NCBI GenBank assembly: GCA_035290125.1 | Contig: DATDVI010000069.1 | Span: 1-42,733 of the forward strand | From: Candidatus Anderseniibacteriota bacterium | GTDB taxonomy: Bacteria; Patescibacteriota; Andersenbacteria; UBA10190 | Direction: 5' to 3' | DNA length: 42,733 bases | Shown here: positions 42,050 through 42,733 of the stretch, one piece after another | How the letters are laid out: every line of letters begins with the position of its first letter | How positions within the stretch are numbered: the first letter of the stretch is position 1 | Notes under the pieces: model-generated | The model's database searches: none | The model's input: only the letters and a program-made list of their open reading frames with translations | What the model was told of the DNA's origin: nothing | Program-made: the position numbers and the translations under genes

Positions 42050-42733
42050 CTCGACATCGTATCGCGGCGCCGATCGCCTGTAAACGTTCGGCCAGTCGCT
42101 CGTAGCCGCGCTCGACCACCTCGGCCCCATGAATGATTGTCTGCCCCTCGGCCACCAAACCAGCCATAATCAGTGTGGCGCCGGAGCGAATATCGAGACT
42201 GTCAATTTCTGTGCCGTGCAGCCGAACGGGGCCCTGGATAATAACCCGGTGCGGATCACAGACAACTGCGCGCCCCCCCATTTTTTGTAATTCATTAATA
42301 TGCCGAAACCGATCCTCATACAATGGGTCATGAATGAGCGATGAACCGGGCGCCACCGTTGCCACTACAGCAAAAGGCGCCTGTAAATCGGTGGGGATAC
42401 CGGGGTGCGGCAGTGATTGCATCGAAAAAGACTGCAGGGGCGACTGCCGCACACGCACCTGATTTTTCGCCTGATCAATCGAGAAATCAACTCCAATATC
42501 CTCGAGCTTCTTAAAGAAGAGCGGCAAGTGAGTGAGCGGCACATTCTCGATCACCAAGTCCTCGGCGCACACGGCACCCAGTAAAATGAACAACCCAGCT
42601 TCCAGCATATCGGGGATATTTGTCACCGTCGCTCCCCCGCGCTCCAGCGTCCCCTCAACCGTAATCGTATGCGTTCCTGCCCCGGTGACGCGCGCCCCCA
42701 GGCGCGTGAGCAGCTCACCGAGCGCTACCACGT
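42033..42733 (-). CDS. murA: UDP-N-acetylglucosamine 1-carboxyvinyltransferase, C-terminal part (runs off the window)
   Basis: 'PHPGIPTDLQAPF', 'YEDRFRHINELQKMG', 'DIRSGATLIMAGL' and 'VERGYE' are present. Confidence 0.85.
   Translation of the reverse strand, partial: VVALGELLTRLGARVTGAGTHTITVEGTLERGGATVTNIPDMLEAGLFILLGAVCAEDLVIENVPLTHLPLFFKKLEDIGVDFSIDQAKNQVRVRQSPLQSFSMQSLPHPGIPTDLQAPFAVVATVAPGSSLIHDPLYEDRFRHINELQKMGGRAVVCDPHRVIIQGPVRLHGTEIDSLDIRSGATLIMAGLVAEGQTIIHGAEVVERGYERLAERLQAIGAAIRCRDAVHA

Noticed and set aside
1-42733. A search by eye for CRISPR arrays, IS elements or transposases, integrases, reverse transcriptases, rRNA, and recognisable riboswitch or T-box leaders upstream of serS, lysS and proS.
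   Set aside because: No regularly spaced direct repeats were seen. No ORF carries DDE, tyrosine or serine recombinase motifs or RT motifs. The aaRS genes have almost no upstream non-coding sequence. A computational repeat and covariance-model scan would still be needed to be sure.

Overview
The window is gene-dense and mostly minus-strand. It carries housekeeping genes of a small-genome bacterium. The content and organisation are reminiscent of Patescibacteria/CPR, but that placement is tentative because it rests only on gene content. The core is a roughly 17 kb co-directional run from 39929 down to 22757: GT4, hpf, secA, secD, secF, holB-like, frr, rseP, proS, mreB, mreC, mreD, PBP2, greA, lysS and serS. 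Also present are dnaX, tRNA-Gln, xseAB, trxB/glutaredoxin, a nucleotide-sugar dehydrogenase, a PBP5-type carboxypeptidase, tsaC, ftsQ, ftsB-like, a GT39 glycosyltransferase, and a second mreB next to a partial murA. I saw no rRNA, CRISPR array, transposase or integrase. Five short accessory patches interrupt the core. (a) 635-3418, next to tRNA-Gly, is an array of single-gene cassettes encoding an NTase, a DoxX-like protein, a wHTH protein and small membrane proteins; they share one terminator family. (b) 10654-11450 holds an orphan ORF. (c) 14426-17216, next to tRNA-Gln, holds an HTH-receiver protein, a membrane wHTH protein and two orphan genes, bracketed by fragments of the tRNA-Gln 3' end. 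(d) 22140-22712 holds an orphan ORF. (e) 39930-41038 holds a small membrane protein and a TrpR/YerC-like gene. The most notable non-coding signals are three. A perfect 26-bp palindrome occurs four times, three of them around the TrpR/YerC-like gene. There are tRNA-Gln 3'-end scars, including an exact 18-nt direct repeat. Many transcription units have a -10 box ending exactly 6 nt before a start codon with no SD, which suggests leaderless mRNAs. All functional calls come from reading motifs by eye; no database search was run.
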